Shown one piece after another: positions 38,993 to 55,655 of a DNA stretch of 64,000 nt. Under the pieces are notes generated by a model that did no database searches, had not been told where the DNA came from, and was given only the letters and a program-made list of their open reading frames with translations. Position 1 is the stretch's first letter. Every line of letters begins with the position of its first letter. Position numbers and translations under genes: made by a program. The stretch is from the human T2T-CHM13v2.0 reference genome, Homo sapiens, in the NCBI RefSeq assembly GCF_009914755.1, contig NC_060929.1; one strand, given 5' to 3'.

Positions 38993-41549
38993 CTCTTTTT
39001 ATTTTCTTAATGAAGAAAACCCTGCAAAACCTTAAGTAATTTTCTTTCCTGACACTTATGGGGAAGCAAGACTAGACCAGTGGATCCACCCCTGTTCAGG
39101 CTCAGTAGCTGTGACAGCAGCAACTAGGATGTCACTATTTTCCTCTCCTTTTGGGTCTTCCTAAAGACCTACTTAGCAGTGGGAACCAGTGCAGAGTCTA
39201 GGCCAAAGTAACTTTTGCCGCCTCTTTCACTGTATAGCCCTGTTGCCAGGGACATGGAAATACTCTTGGCAAACTCTCCAGGAATGGCCTCAGCAGAATC
39301 CTGGGCCCTGTCTTGGAAGTTTATGATATTCCCTGCTATGGAGTCCTCAGGGTGGCAGAGGAGCTCTAAACACAGGCCTCCACACTGCCTGCAACAGTCT
39401 CAGAAGGTATGTTAGTGATTCTCTTCTTGCAAGGTGGTATGCTAAGCAAGCTCTTCCCTGACTGCTAAAGGAAGAGCCCTCAGGAGCACTCAGCCTTTAG
39501 CTTTCTCCTGTATTCCAATCCCTGTCTTTCAGGACTTGTGGTTGGAAGAGTAGACACAGGGTCACATGTCTGACTGCCTGCTTCCCCCGTGTTTGTCTCC
39601 CCTCTTTCCAACACTGTCAAGGAAAGAAAATGTGAGTTCCCTGGTACTTTCTGTCTGAGATGGACTCAGATACGAAACCCCATAGCATAACCTGTTAATC
39701 ATGGTTATTGACACAGTCTATGGGAGGCAAAAGAATATGGGAAATCCTGTTCTAACTGCACATTCCCTGCCATTTATGTATCTGTCAAGTTAAAAGGTTA
39801 AGAATGTCAACTTGAGATCCAAGGCTGCCTCTTTACCTTGGGCAATGTCTAATATTTCACTCCATGGGACTATAACCCTTAAGGCTCAAACTTAGAAGAA
39901 GAATGGTGCCGGGGAACACGACTGGAGGTAAAAATTAAAATGCAATACTTTAATACTTAGAAAATAGTATCCATATTGCATTAACTCCTGCTCCAAAGTT
40001 AACAGAATGCCCTGTATTCACATTGCAGAGTTAACTCTATGGTCAATTAGTAAAATGACTATAGTCCCAGCTCACAAACTAAGACGTGCTCATGAAGAGT
40101 TTTACATATTAAAATGAAATTCTCTTGACTGCTTACCCTATGTTAAAGATTTCCTTTATGATAATTTACACAACTGCTCCAAATCTGATTTTCTTTTCCT
40201 ATATGGACTGTAAATTAATGTGCTGCTTTGATAGGAGGTCTCCTGTTAATGGGGAACTCAATAATTCTTGCTCTATGTCTGTTGAACAAGTTGAGTAAAC
40301 TCTTTGAAACTTCAGGTACTGCAGGATGTGGGTTTTAAAAGGTGCTTGTGTCTGCACTTGAAGTAATGAAAGGTTCATTTCATCCCACAAACTAATTGGC
40401 AATTGTCTGTTACTACTAGGATTATCCCGGTAACAGAAATTATTTTTAAAGATAAATTAAGCTTTCAGAGGGATTGACAATTCACAAACTAGACACCACT
40501 GGTCAAACTACTAATGTCCATGGTATTCTCTGATGATGTCTTGCACATATTATGAAACATCATATCTTTAATTCACATTGATTTTTTGGTAAAGAATATT
40601 ACTTTCTCCAAATGTTAGCCAGTTATCAAAATACAATTGTCTGTACCTTAAACTCTGACTTCTAACATACAATATATCCAATATAAACTTAGGTCTAATA
40701 CTCATTTGTCAGAACTTTTTGAATATAAGCTTATTCGTGTCATCTTATGTAAATTTTTATTTTAAAAGAAACATAGGGAAATACTGAGATCTAGCTGATG
40801 TTACATAAACTGAAGTATTTAAATGTGTAGTCTGTACAGTGTACTTCGCTTCACAACTTACTCTGAAAGCACCAACAATGAATTGATGGAAGAGTAAAGA
40901 AATGGCAAAGTGTATCAATACATGAAAGAATTCATAGAGTAAATTGTTACCTGCACAATCTAGGTGGGAGAATTCTTTCAACATTTCTGTCGCTTTAAGG
41001 GTTTCATAATAAAATGTTGGGAAATTTATTTCAAATCCTTCATGAAGAATAAAATAGCAAAACCAAAAAAAAAAATTTCATCTGATCCTGAATTGTATAA
41101 TCTCTTCAAATGACCTGTTGGTTGACCCCTGTGTCAGTTCTACACTGTTCTAACTGCCCAGTCTTCTTTATAGGAAAACTTAGCATCTGGCAGGCCATGT
41201 TCCCCACTGTAAATCACTTTCAGAAATTACTTCTGAGAGAAGTGTCAATGGCAATGGCCTAAAATCAGTATAAGAGAGATTTAAATTCGCTTTGTTTTAT
41301 CAATTAGAAATATGAAAATTTCTATTTAGTTGAGAAAAACTAAATCAATTCGATTTCATTTACTAGTGTTATTATTTTAACAATTTAATTTAGTACTCCA
41401 TATACTGAAACCATTTCCTAATAAACCACCAGCCCAGCAAATATGTCCCCCAAATAAGTAAACTACACATTCAGTTCAGTAAGGATGCATTCTGAGTTTT
41501 TCATCAATAGAACAGGATTCCTCATTCTTTAAGTAATGATATGCATCAT

Positions 41550-41760
41550 AATAATACACCCCATCTATGTAGCAATTACTATGTAATAGTACTATATTAA
41601 GTGGTTTATTTTTATTATATTAGGTAAATTGTAAAAACTATCAAATATAATGTCAATATTATCTTCATTTGAAAAAGAAGAACTTGAGACTCAGAGATAT
41701 AAAGTTAATGACAGAACAGGAATGTGAGCAAACTCCTATCCTGACCTCTCTGTTACACCT
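41550..41760 (-). mobile_element. MIR relic
   Basis: 'aatattatcttcatttgaaaaagaagaacttgagactcagagatataaag'. Confidence 0.5.
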
Positions 41761-42005
41761 CTTCCATTAATGTGGCAGTAACTGTCTATCAGTCTGTATC
41801 TCTACTGCTATGTTTTGGAGAGTTGGCATAAATTATGGCACAATAGTAATACCTTTGGTTGAGAAGAAGTTTTAGTGACATGGTAAAAACAATGAGCAGT
41901 GTATGCGTTTCAAATTCTTCAAAGCAATTTTAAGATAAAGAACTTTAATGACTCCAGCAATATATTCAAACAATACATGGTATGTGTAACAAATGAGTAC
42001 TTTAT

Positions 42006-42543
42006 TGTGGTAGGCAGTCTCAAAAACAGTCCCAAATAATTTCCGCATCCTGGTATTCACGGTCTTCTCCTTGAATAAACTCCCTCTAATCACACAACAA
42101 CGTTGATGGGATTATCATTACCACAAATAAGTTATAAAATATTGTGACTTCCATATTGATAGTAGTCCCTCTCTAGTGCTGTTTGACTTTCACACTTTGA
42201 AAAGTGAGCTGCCATATTGGAGAGACCAGCATGGCAAGGAAATGAAGGAGACCTCTGACCAAAAGTCAGTTAGGATATAAAGACCTGAGTCCAACAATTT
42301 ATGAGAAACTCAATGCTGCTAACAACCACTAGGTGAGAATGGAAGTGGATCCTTCCCTACGCATGTTTTCAGATGAGACTGTAGATCTGGATTCAGGCCT
42401 TGTGAGAGATTGGCAAACAGAGAATCCATCTAAGCCATGTCCAGATTCCTTACACACAGAAACCATAAGATAATAAATGTATGTCACTACAGACCACTAA
42501 GTGTTAGAGCATTTTTGTTATGTAACAATAGATAATTAAAATA
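42006..42543 (+). mobile_element. MLT1E/F-like LTR
   Basis: Starts 'tgtggtaggcag', contains 'gctgccatattggagagaccagcatggcaaggaa', ends 'ttgttatgtaacaatagataattaaaata'. Confidence 0.82.
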
Positions 42544-43355
42544 TTCAATTGCCTGTTAAAATTACTCAATTATTGTAGCCATTGATAATTTACATTTAAC
42601 TCCAAATTCCTTGAATCCATATTCAGTGCATACTTTTAATATTCATGTCAACAATTAAAATATATATTCAACAATAATGAGAATTATATTCAGAAGTAAA
42701 ACACTCAATAAATGAGGATTAAAGACCTGCACATGGGAAAGATTTCAAGTTCTGACACTTCATGTCTTCCAAAAGACTAATGAAAAGATGAAATTAAACA
42801 AAACCACTAATGATGCATGCAATTTTTTCCAATTAACGAGTTTGTGGATTTGTGCTGGGTGTGCGTTGGGAGGATTACTACAGTCAATCACGAATTGTAT
42901 TGACTCAAATTTGTACTCAAATATTTTCAAAGAAAATGTCTCAGTATTTATTTTTTAGCTTGATTCTGAAAGTGTAACAGCCACTGTTACAAAAACACAC
43001 TGGTGGCCAAATTGTTAATCACTGAGGATATTTTCATTGCTGAATAATGATAAAAACGTAAATATCAGTCATTATAAAACTTTCAGATTTTTAGCTGTTA
43101 TGCAGCTCATTTTTATTAGCCAAATTGATGGTATATGCTATACTTTTTTATATAATATTTTATAAGGCAATGTTCTCACATTAGTAAATTTAAGGGAAAG
43201 GTATTATTCATGCTATGTAAAAGGTTTCTAGGCCATTAGGTACCATGGTAATATCATATTGTACAGTAGTACTTTAAAAATCAAGTTTTGAGGAAATATG
43301 AATTTTATCCAGGGAAATGCTTATAATAAAAAGTATAATATAAAATGTGAAGCTC

Positions 43356-43655
<300 letters not shown>

Positions 43656-46600
43656 TCAATTTAAATACTGATAAAAAATTAAATGTTTAAAAAATTATTA
43701 GACTTCTTGTTGCCATGTCCCTCAGTATCCATCCAGGCTTAAACTAAGTGAGTTATACATAAATACCGCATTGGCCAATGAGAATCCATTTTATAAACAT
43801 CCATAGTATTACGTCAAAAATTCAATCAACAAGTGTAAAACACAACCCTCTTCTCCACACCTTTGCTATAGAAAACAAAGGCATTAAAGGAGCGTCAGCA
43901 AATGTTTCACTTCAGGCCTGATGCAGGAGACAGCAGTGGCAGTGGTAGAAGCAGAAAGTGTCCCTTCAGGAGGGAGATGGGGAGGAAATCCTCCAACTCA
44001 CCATGAGGAAGCAGGAAACTATCCACTGCTTTTGGGTAAAGGGTAGAAGCAAAAGCAATCTGCCTCTAATTGAAGGGAAATCTCTAGGGCTCTAAATTCC
44101 TCAGTGACACAAAGCAGAAGTCAGCTACCATTAGGAGAGATACAGGAAACTCTCTCCTACCCAAGAAAAATCAGAGATGCCGACGAGGTCCTAAACCCTA
44201 GACCTAAGAGGATAGGTTCTGTAAAACTAAATCTAGACTTGGAGAATCCTGCTGGCACCCATCATGTCTAACACTGAATCATAAGCCACAACACTTTACT
44301 TCTGAGGAAGGATAAGAATGCAGAGAAAGACACCCCTCTGTGGAACACACAGTCAAGTACTGTGTAAGAGAATAGGGTGACAGAAGCCTGAACAATTCTG
44401 TCACCCCAAACAGAGTAGGGGAACAATAATAGCTGCAAGATAATCAGAGTGCATCACTGTACACATCTGAGCCTGTAGTGAACTGAGGATAATACTAGCT
44501 ACCACAAAACCCAACCCAGCTAAACTACTGGATTATTGACTTATCCTCCAACACTAACAGACTCACAAAGATTCCCATTTCCAGAGGCATATAGTATTTA
44601 CCTTTGATTTTGCTGTTCTTCCACAAACTCAAAAAGAAAAAAAACTACCAGGAAATAAAAAAATAAATACTAAGATTCAGAAATGATGCAAGTATTGAAA
44701 CTATCACATAGGAACTTTAAAAGAACTACAGTTAATATAGAAGAGGTGGGAACACGCACAAAGTGATGGGGATATAAGCAAAGAAATAAAACTATAAGTA
44801 AAGAATGAAACACTTATGAAAAATGTGAAAATAAAAACACAACAACAGAGCTGAAAAGTACCTTATCAGCCTTATCAGCACAAAAGAGCTGAAAAAAGGA
44901 GGAGTGAATTTCAAGATAACTCAATACAGATTATCTTTAAAAAGAATTTAAAAAATTAAACAGAGCATCCAAGAATTGTGGAACAGTATCAAGAAGTCTA
45001 ACCTATGGGTAACTGGACTCCCAGAAGAAGAGGAAAGAATGAGGCAGAAGAACTATGTGAAGAAATAATTCCTGAGAATTTCCAAAATAAATCAAGAAGA
45101 GACAACAAACCAGAGACTATCAGAGAACATTAAAGAAAATGAATAATAATCTAACAATCCTGACCCATCATAATTCTGTTGCTTTTATCATTATTAATAA
45201 TATTATTATTAATTTGCTTTTGCTGAAAATCAAAGATAAAGATAAACTTATGCTGGTAGACAGAATAAAAAGAGAAAGAAATATTACCTCCAGAGGATGA
45301 AAGCCAAGGATTAAGCAGACTTTTCCCCTGAAATTATGAAAGGCAAATAACAACGATGCAACACTTTGAAGGGCTGAAGGGAAAATTATGTCAACTAGGA
45401 ATTCTATACCTAGTGGAAATAAACAATAAAATAAATCAACAATAAAAATAAATTAAAACTTTTTCAGGAAACAAATACTGAGCCATTTTCTTGCCAACAG
45501 ACATGCAACGTAAGGCATAATAAGGGAAATTCTACAGAGCAAAAAATATGGTGACAGGAGTAAATCGAGATATACACAAAGAAATGTAGACTAGTAGAAA
45601 CAGTAAAAGTCAAGGTAAAGGAAAAAGTTTTAAAATTTTTTAATCATTTAAAAACATAACGTTGACATAAGCAAAAATAATAACTATTATTGTGGATTTT
45701 ACAACATATATAGGAAAAAATCATAGTTCAGATTCTGAGAAAGACAAAACAAAATTATACTATTGTAACTTCCTTACAATATATAAGCCACAGTGCAATA
45801 TAATTTGCAGTAGACATAGTAAATTTTATATGAACCAAACACAATAAATCCTATAACTACTAGGTAAAAATAAAAGAAAGAGCTAGACTAATATGCCAAT
45901 AGTGGAGATAATGTAATACTTTAAAAGAAAACTCAATTAATCCAAAAGAATGGAGAAACTTTGGGGGAAAATAAGAAACAGATGGGGAAAATATAACACA
46001 ATGATCAAAATGGTTGATGTAAACCCAAAATACAATAATCACATGAAATGCACATGAATTAAATATCACCAAATAAAAGGCTGAGATTGTCATATTATAT
46101 TTAAAAAGTGATATCCAATCTAATATGGTCAACATAAAGCCAAATTTCAATATATTACAAAAATACAAATTAAAAATAAAATGACAGAAAATGATAATAT
46201 CAAGTACCATTCAAAAGAAATCCAGAGTGGTTATATCAGACAAGACAGACTTCAAACTAAAAAACAATTATAAGGAGTAATGATAGAGGAGTCAATTCAT
46301 CAAGACATAAGAATCCAATCTATATATTCATACAACATTATTCAAAATATGTAATATAAAAATGTATATAATTCAAAGAAGAAAAAGATAAAATCCATAA
46401 TTATTGTTGGAGAATTCAATACTCCCCTCTCAATAGTTGATAAAAGCAGTAGACAGAAAACTGGCCACAATAAAAGAACCCTACACAACGGTATCAATGA
46501 ACATGATGTCATTGACATTAACAAAACATTCCACACAAAAATAGCAGAATAAATATTATTTAAAGGACACTTGGACATTGATAAAGATAGATCATATTCA

Positions 46601-47607
46601 GTAAAATAAATCAAATATCAATAAATTTACCAGAATTAAAATCCAACAAAACATTCCCTCTAAACAAAATGAAATTAAGTTTGCAACTTACAACATGCGG
46701 ACATCTGAAATATCCCTAAATATATGAAACTCTAAAACTCAGGTGTAAATAATTCATGGGATGTCAAAGAAGAAAGTCAAAGCGAGATTATAAAATATTT
46801 TTAAATTGAATAAAAACACAACATAGCATATGTGGGACTCAGTTAAACTGTTGCAGTGGGCAAAATGTGCTGCATTAAATCCTTCGGTAAGAAAGCCAGA
46901 AAGATTGCAAGTCAAGAATCTAAACTTCTACCCTTAATAAGATGCGAAGTAACAATAATGAATAAAACAAAGATAGAAATCAATGAAGTTGAGAAAAGGG
47001 AAATAATAGAAACAAATCCATGAAATAGAAAAGCCTGTTCTCTGAAAACAATAAAATTGATACATCAGTAGACACATCAAGCAAGAAAAAGATAGAGAAA
47101 ACATAAAATACTGAAGTCAGGGAAAAACAGAACATCACTACAAGAACTAAAGACATTAAAAGGAAAATAAGGAATTATTATTAACAATTTTATGCCAGTT
47201 ATCTTTGATAACACAGATAAAACCACAAACTCCTTGAGAGACACAAATATCTAAATCTCACTCAAGGGGAATTGCACAACAAGTATAACTTTCTCCCTCT
47301 TATAGAAGATTTAATTCATAGGTAAAATCCTTCACCCAAAGAAAACACACAATTTGCTTCAAAGGTGAATATTTTAAAAGAAATTATACCAATTGTATAT
47401 AAGATTTTGCAAAATATAGAAGGAACTGAACACTTCTTAAATCATTTTATGAGGCTCTTTACTCATACCAAAATCTAGATATATAGTCATTGCCAGAACA
47501 GTACAGTCCAAAACTGTAAGTCAGAAGAGCCAAGATGGCTGACTACATGCAGCCAGAAAGAGCTTCTCCTACCAAGAGCCCAGACCAGCAAGAAAACTGA
47601 CAGACTC

Positions 47608-50197
<2,590 letters not shown>

Positions 50198-50917
50198 GAC
50201 TCCACGCAGATCTCCCAGAGGAAGGCATTGAGAGGCGAGAGGAAGCAGACCCTGGGCTGAAAATGGAGGAAGCTGGGAACCCTGCAAGGAGCTGCAGAGC
50301 ACCCGGACTCCTTACGCACCTCCAGCAACTCCTAGGTAAGGAGTGAGTTAAACAGACCTGATGTGGCCCACTCTTTCCACAGACCTCTGGAATCTTCAAT
50401 GTAGAAAAATCTATTTTTAAAATATATACTTGCAAATGACAATTGAAAATTAAAATAAAACAATACCATTTATACCACCAAAGCATGAAATATATAGGGT
50501 TAAGTGTAATAAAATATATTTGAAGTTTATTCTGTGAAAATTATAAGACAATAATGCAAGAAATTAAAGGAGAGTATGTTTGTGTGTGTGTGTTTATGTG
50601 TGTCTGCTGGGTTGGAAGACTCAACATGATTAAGTTGTAGATTCTTTCCAAACTGTTGATCTTGAAATTCAACACAATCCTAATAAAAATTCCGGCATAT
50701 ATTTATGTAGAAACTAACAAGTTGATATTATATTTTTGTGCCAAATTGAGGGACCTAGAATAGTATTAACAGAAAAAAAAAAAAAAGCTTGAAAAAGAAA
50801 AACAAAGCTGGAGGACTTATACTGCCTCAATCAAGACCCAATATGAAGCTAGAGTAATCAAGACAGTATCTTTTTGACATAAAAACAGACATATAGAATG
50901 AGGAGGAAAAAAGAGTT

Positions 50918-51212
50918 GCCAGGCGTGGTGGCTCATGCCTGTAATCCCAGCACTTTAGGAGGCTGAGCCGGGTAGATCACGAGGTCAGGAGATCGAGACC
51001 ATCCTGGCTAACACGGTGAAACCCCGTCTCTACTAAAAATACAAAAAATTAGCCAGGTGTGCTGGCGGGCGCCTGTAGTCCCAGCTACTCGGGAGGCTGA
51101 GGCAGGAGAATGGCGTGAACCTGGAGGCGGAGCTTGCAGTGAGCCGAGATTGCGCCACTGCACTCCAGCCAGGGCAACAGAGGGAGACTCTGTATCAAAA
51201 AAAAAAAAAAAA
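50918..51212 (+). mobile_element. AluY
   Basis: 'gagatcgagaccatcctggctaacacggtg' and 'gaatggcgtgaacc...gagcttgcag'. TSD 'aaaaagagtt'. Confidence 0.95.
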
Positions 51213-51531
51213 GAGTTCAGAAATATTTCCCCCTCATAAATGAGAGCCACTGATTTTTGACAAATGTATTAATGTAATTCACTGGAGATAGGAAAGTCTT
51301 CCTAACAACTGATGGTAAAACAACTGGACATATTTTTGTATATAAGCATGAAAAGAACCTCATATCACTTCCAAAAACTTCAAGTTAATCATAGATCTAA
51401 TGTAAAAGTTAATATGTACGAGTTCTAGAAGACAATGTAAGAGTTAGGCAAAGATTTCATATATATGATGCAAAAGGGAGGCATCAAAGAAAAAATATAA
51501 AAACAAAACTTCATTAAAATACAAAAGCTCT

Positions 51532-51837
51532 GGCCGGGCACAGTGGCTTATGCCTGTAATCCCAGCACTTTGGGAGTCCTAGACAGGTGGATCATGAGGT
51601 CAAGAGATCGAGACCATCCTGGCTAACATGGTGAAACCCCGTCTCCACTAAAAAATACAAAAAATTAGCCGGGCATGGTGGCGGGCGCCTGTAGTCCCAG
51701 CTACTTGGGAGGCTGAGGCAGAAGAATGGCATGAACCCGGAGGCGGAGCTTGCAGTGAGCTGAGATCGTGCCACTGCACTCCAGCCCAGGCAACAGAGCG
51801 AGATTCCATCTCACAAAAATAAGAAAGAAAAAAAAAA
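51532..51837 (+). mobile_element. AluY
   Basis: Y diagnostics 'gaatggcatgaacccggaggcggagcttgcag'. TSD 'aaagctct'. Confidence 0.93.
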
Positions 51838-52188
51838 CGAAAGCTCTGTTCTTTGACATATATTGTCAAGAAAATGAAAAGACAAGGCACAGTCTGGGAG
51901 AAGATATCTCCAAAGCACTTATCTAATAAAAGACTTGTATCCAGGAGCTAGGAAAAAAACAAAAATAAACAAATAAAAACCCTTACTACTCTAAGAAACA
52001 GAACAACACAACTAAAAAATTGGCAAAAGGTGTTAAAAAATACTTCACCAAAGAAGAGAGACAGTTAGAAAATAGAACATAAAAAGATATTCAACATCAA
52101 TGGCTGTTTGGGATTCTCTCCCAAAGCAAAACCAGAATGAAATGCTACTACCCACCTACTAAAATGGATAAAATAAAACTATATTCCA

Positions 52189-52500
52189 GGCTGGACGTGG
52201 TATTTCATGCCTGTAATCCCAGCACTTTGAGAGGCCAAGGCAGGCGAATCACTTGAGCCCAGGAGTTCAAGACCAGCTTGAGCAATATGGTGAAACCTTA
52301 TCTCTACAAAAAATAGGAAAATTAGTGGGTCATGGTGGTGTATGCCTGTAGTTCCTGCTACTCAGGAGGCTGAGGCAGGAGGACTGCTTGAGCCCAGAAG
52401 GTCAAGGCTGCTGTGAGCGGTGATTGTGCCACTGCACTCCAGCCTGGGCAACAGAGTGAGACCCTGTCTCTAAATAAATAAACACAGGAAAGAAAAAAAA
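52189..52500 (+). mobile_element. AluJ
   Basis: 'cacttgagcccaggagttc' and 'ggactgcttgagcccagaaggtcaaggctg'. TSD 'tatattcca'. Confidence 0.92.
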
Positions 52501-53055
52501 TTATATATATTCCACACAGTGCTACACAGAGCTGACAAAGTTGTGGAGAAAGTAGAACCCTTATACCTGGAATCTTGGAAATGGAAAAGTGGATGGCAAT
52601 TCTGTAAGAGTTTGGTGTTTTTAAAAAGCTAAGCATGCAATTAAGAATATCTATTCCATTCCTAGGCATTTACGTGAGAAACAAAAACATGTTTGATATT
52701 TTAAGCAAATGTTTGTAGCAAATTTATTCATAATAACTAATGACTGAAAACAATGTCAAAGTCCATTAACTGGAGAGTGGATAAACAAATTGTGACAAAG
52801 CCACAATGAATACTACTCAGTATTTTTTTAATGTACTGTGATGTATGATACAACATAGTTTAACCTCAATTCCATTATGCTGAGTGAAAAAAGCCAGACA
52901 CAAAAGACTATGTATAGCATGATTCTATTTATATGACATTCGGAAAAAGGCAAAATTACAGGGACAGAAGTCAGATGGGGTCGCCAGGGCAGGGAGGGTA
53001 CAGGTGGTGACTACAGTGGGGAAGGAGGGAGCTTGCAGGGATGATGAAACTATTT

Positions 53056-53352
<297 letters not shown>

Positions 53353-53959
53353 TGGAACTGTTTTCTATCTCCCTTTTGGCTGCAGTCACATGATAGTACA
53401 CATTTTGTCAAACTTCACTGAATGCTAAACCAAAACAATTGAGCCTTATAGTATGTATATTATACATCAAATCCTGAATATATCCTGAAACAAAATTGAA
53501 TTAAAAAATGTTAATCATATGACTGAGATCAAAAGGCCTAAGTCCACCAAAAAATAATCCTTTGTGGGAGAGGCAGGTGAGACCTAGGGGAGGGAATGGG
53601 GTAGTTTGCCTTCTGAAGGAGTAGATTGTAGTAAAGTGCTAAGGAAAACAGAACCTTGGGGAAATAAAATAAAAGCACACAGCCAATAAAAAAGGGCTTG
53701 CATTCTTAATAACTGCACCATCAAATGCTCATAAAAATATTAATACATCCCCCATGGTAAACGTATGCATGTAAAAATAAATGCAAAGTAACATCATAGC
53801 ACCTTACCCTCTCTTCCTCTACCCATTTATCCAAGACAGCTGTAACCAGCTGGTATCTACAGATCTTTTCTATGCATTCTAATTTTTCTTCCCTAGATAA
53901 CATAACATGCCAAAACAAGTAATTGAACAATGTTGATTCTGAATATAAATACAAAAAAG

Positions 53960-54112
53960 TCTTCCTCACCAAAAAATGGTAAGTATGTGAGGGTGATGAA
54001 TATGTTAATTAACTTGAATTAGTCATTCCATAATATATACATGTAACAAAACATCATGGTGCACCCCATAATATGCATGTTTTATTTGTCAAATTAAAAA
54101 AATTAAATACCT
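53960..54112 (+). mobile_element. L1MA 3'-end fragment
   Basis: 'aaatggtaagtatgtgagggtgatgaatatgttaattaacttga...catcatggtgcacccc...atttgtcaaattaaaa'. Confidence 0.75.
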
Positions 54113-54388
54113 ATATAAATAAATAAGATGCTTTCAAAGTACTCAGTAAAACTGAATACACAAACACCTATATTCTGCAGGATCTTGGGTTGAATATCAT
54201 TGTGAATATACCTTTTATTACATCATAGAATAATAAATTCTGACTCCTACACTGAAGAAACTAGAACTACAAACAAAAGTAGCACCCACTTTCGAATCTC
54301 CTGATTCACAGGTCTTTGAATTTGCCCCCTTTCAACATGATATCCCTCATAGAAAACATAGGACTAAAGAATATTTAAAAGTGGATGG

Positions 54389-54680
54389 AGCCAGGTACAG
54401 TGGCTCCTGCCTGTAATCATAGCCCTTTGGGAGTCCAGAGCAGGAAGATCATTTGAGTCTGGGAGTTTGAGCAGCCTGGCCAACATGGCAAAATCCCATC
54501 TCTACAAAAAATACAAAAATCAGCCAGGCATGCTGGCACGTGTCTGTAGTCCAGCTACTCAGGAGGCTGAGATGGGAGGATCACCTAAGCCTGGGAGGTG
54601 GAGGCTGCGGTAAGCCATGATCACACCACTGCACTCCAGCCTGAGCAACAGACTGCAACTACCTCCAAGAATAAAAATAA
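54389..54680 (+). mobile_element. AluJ
   Basis: 'gggaggatcacctaagcctgggaggtggaggctgc'. TSD 'aaagtggat'. Confidence 0.9.
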
Positions 54681-54711
54681 AGTGGATAAATGACGAAAGG
54701 AAGAAAACAAT

Positions 54712-55655
54712 TTTTTTATACTGTTGGATTTGATTTTATCATTTTTGAGGATTTCTGCATCTATACTAATGAGGAGTATTGGCCTGTAGCCTTATTTTCT
54801 TCTACTGTTTTTGTCTGAGTTGGTATCAGGGTAATGTGGCCTCATAAAATGAGTTGGGAAATATTTCCTTCCTTCTGTTTTCTGCACAAAAGCATACACT
54901 ATTCAGGATTGTTGTTATTTCATCTTTAAATATTTTGTAGAATTCACTTCACCGGGAAACCATCTAGGCCTTTCTTTCTTTTTTTCTTTTCTGGAAGGTT
55001 TTAAATTATGAGTTCAATTTCCTTAATAGCTATAGAATTATTCAGGTTACCCATTTAATGTTAGTGTTGGTAGTTTGTGTTTCTTGAGGATTTTTTCCAT
55101 CTCATCTAAAGTGTCAAATATGTATATACAATTGTACATAGTATTCCCTTACTATCGTTTTAATAGCTGCTTAGTATGTAACGATATTCCCAGTTTTGTT
55201 GCTAGTGTCGGTAATGTGTCTTCTCTCTCTTCTTTGTCAGTCTTGTTAGAAGACTGTCAATTTTATTGATCATTCCAATGATCCAGCTCTTTGTTCACTG
55301 ATTTTCTGCAATATTTGTCTCTCTTTAATTCCATTGATTTCTACTATTGTCTTTCTTCTGTCCTTCTTTCTGTTTGTTTTGGTTTCATTTCCCATCCCTC
55401 TTTTCTTTTTTTTCCTAGAGTCTTTAGCTGGGAGATTAGATTACTGTTTAGGACCTGTCCCCTTTTTTAATGCATGCATTTAGTGCTATACATTCCCCTT
55501 TCAGCACTGCTCTGCTTATGTCCCCAAATTTTTGATACAATGCATTTTAATTTTCATTCACTTGAATGTACTTTTTAAATTTCCTTTGAGAATTCCTCTT
55601 TGAGCCATGAATAATTTAGAAGTGTGTTGTTTAGTTTCCAAATGTTGGGAGATAT
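54712..55655 (-). mobile_element. L1M ORF2 fragment
   Basis: 'gaggatttctgcatctat', 'ggtatcagggtaatgtggcctcataaaatgagttggga', 'atttagaagtgtgttgtttagtttccaa'. Confidence 0.82.

Noticed and set aside
40951-40959. Possible 9-nt - strand microexon (cctag|ATTGTGCAG|gtaac)
   Set aside because: The polypyrimidine tract is weak and nothing else supports it.
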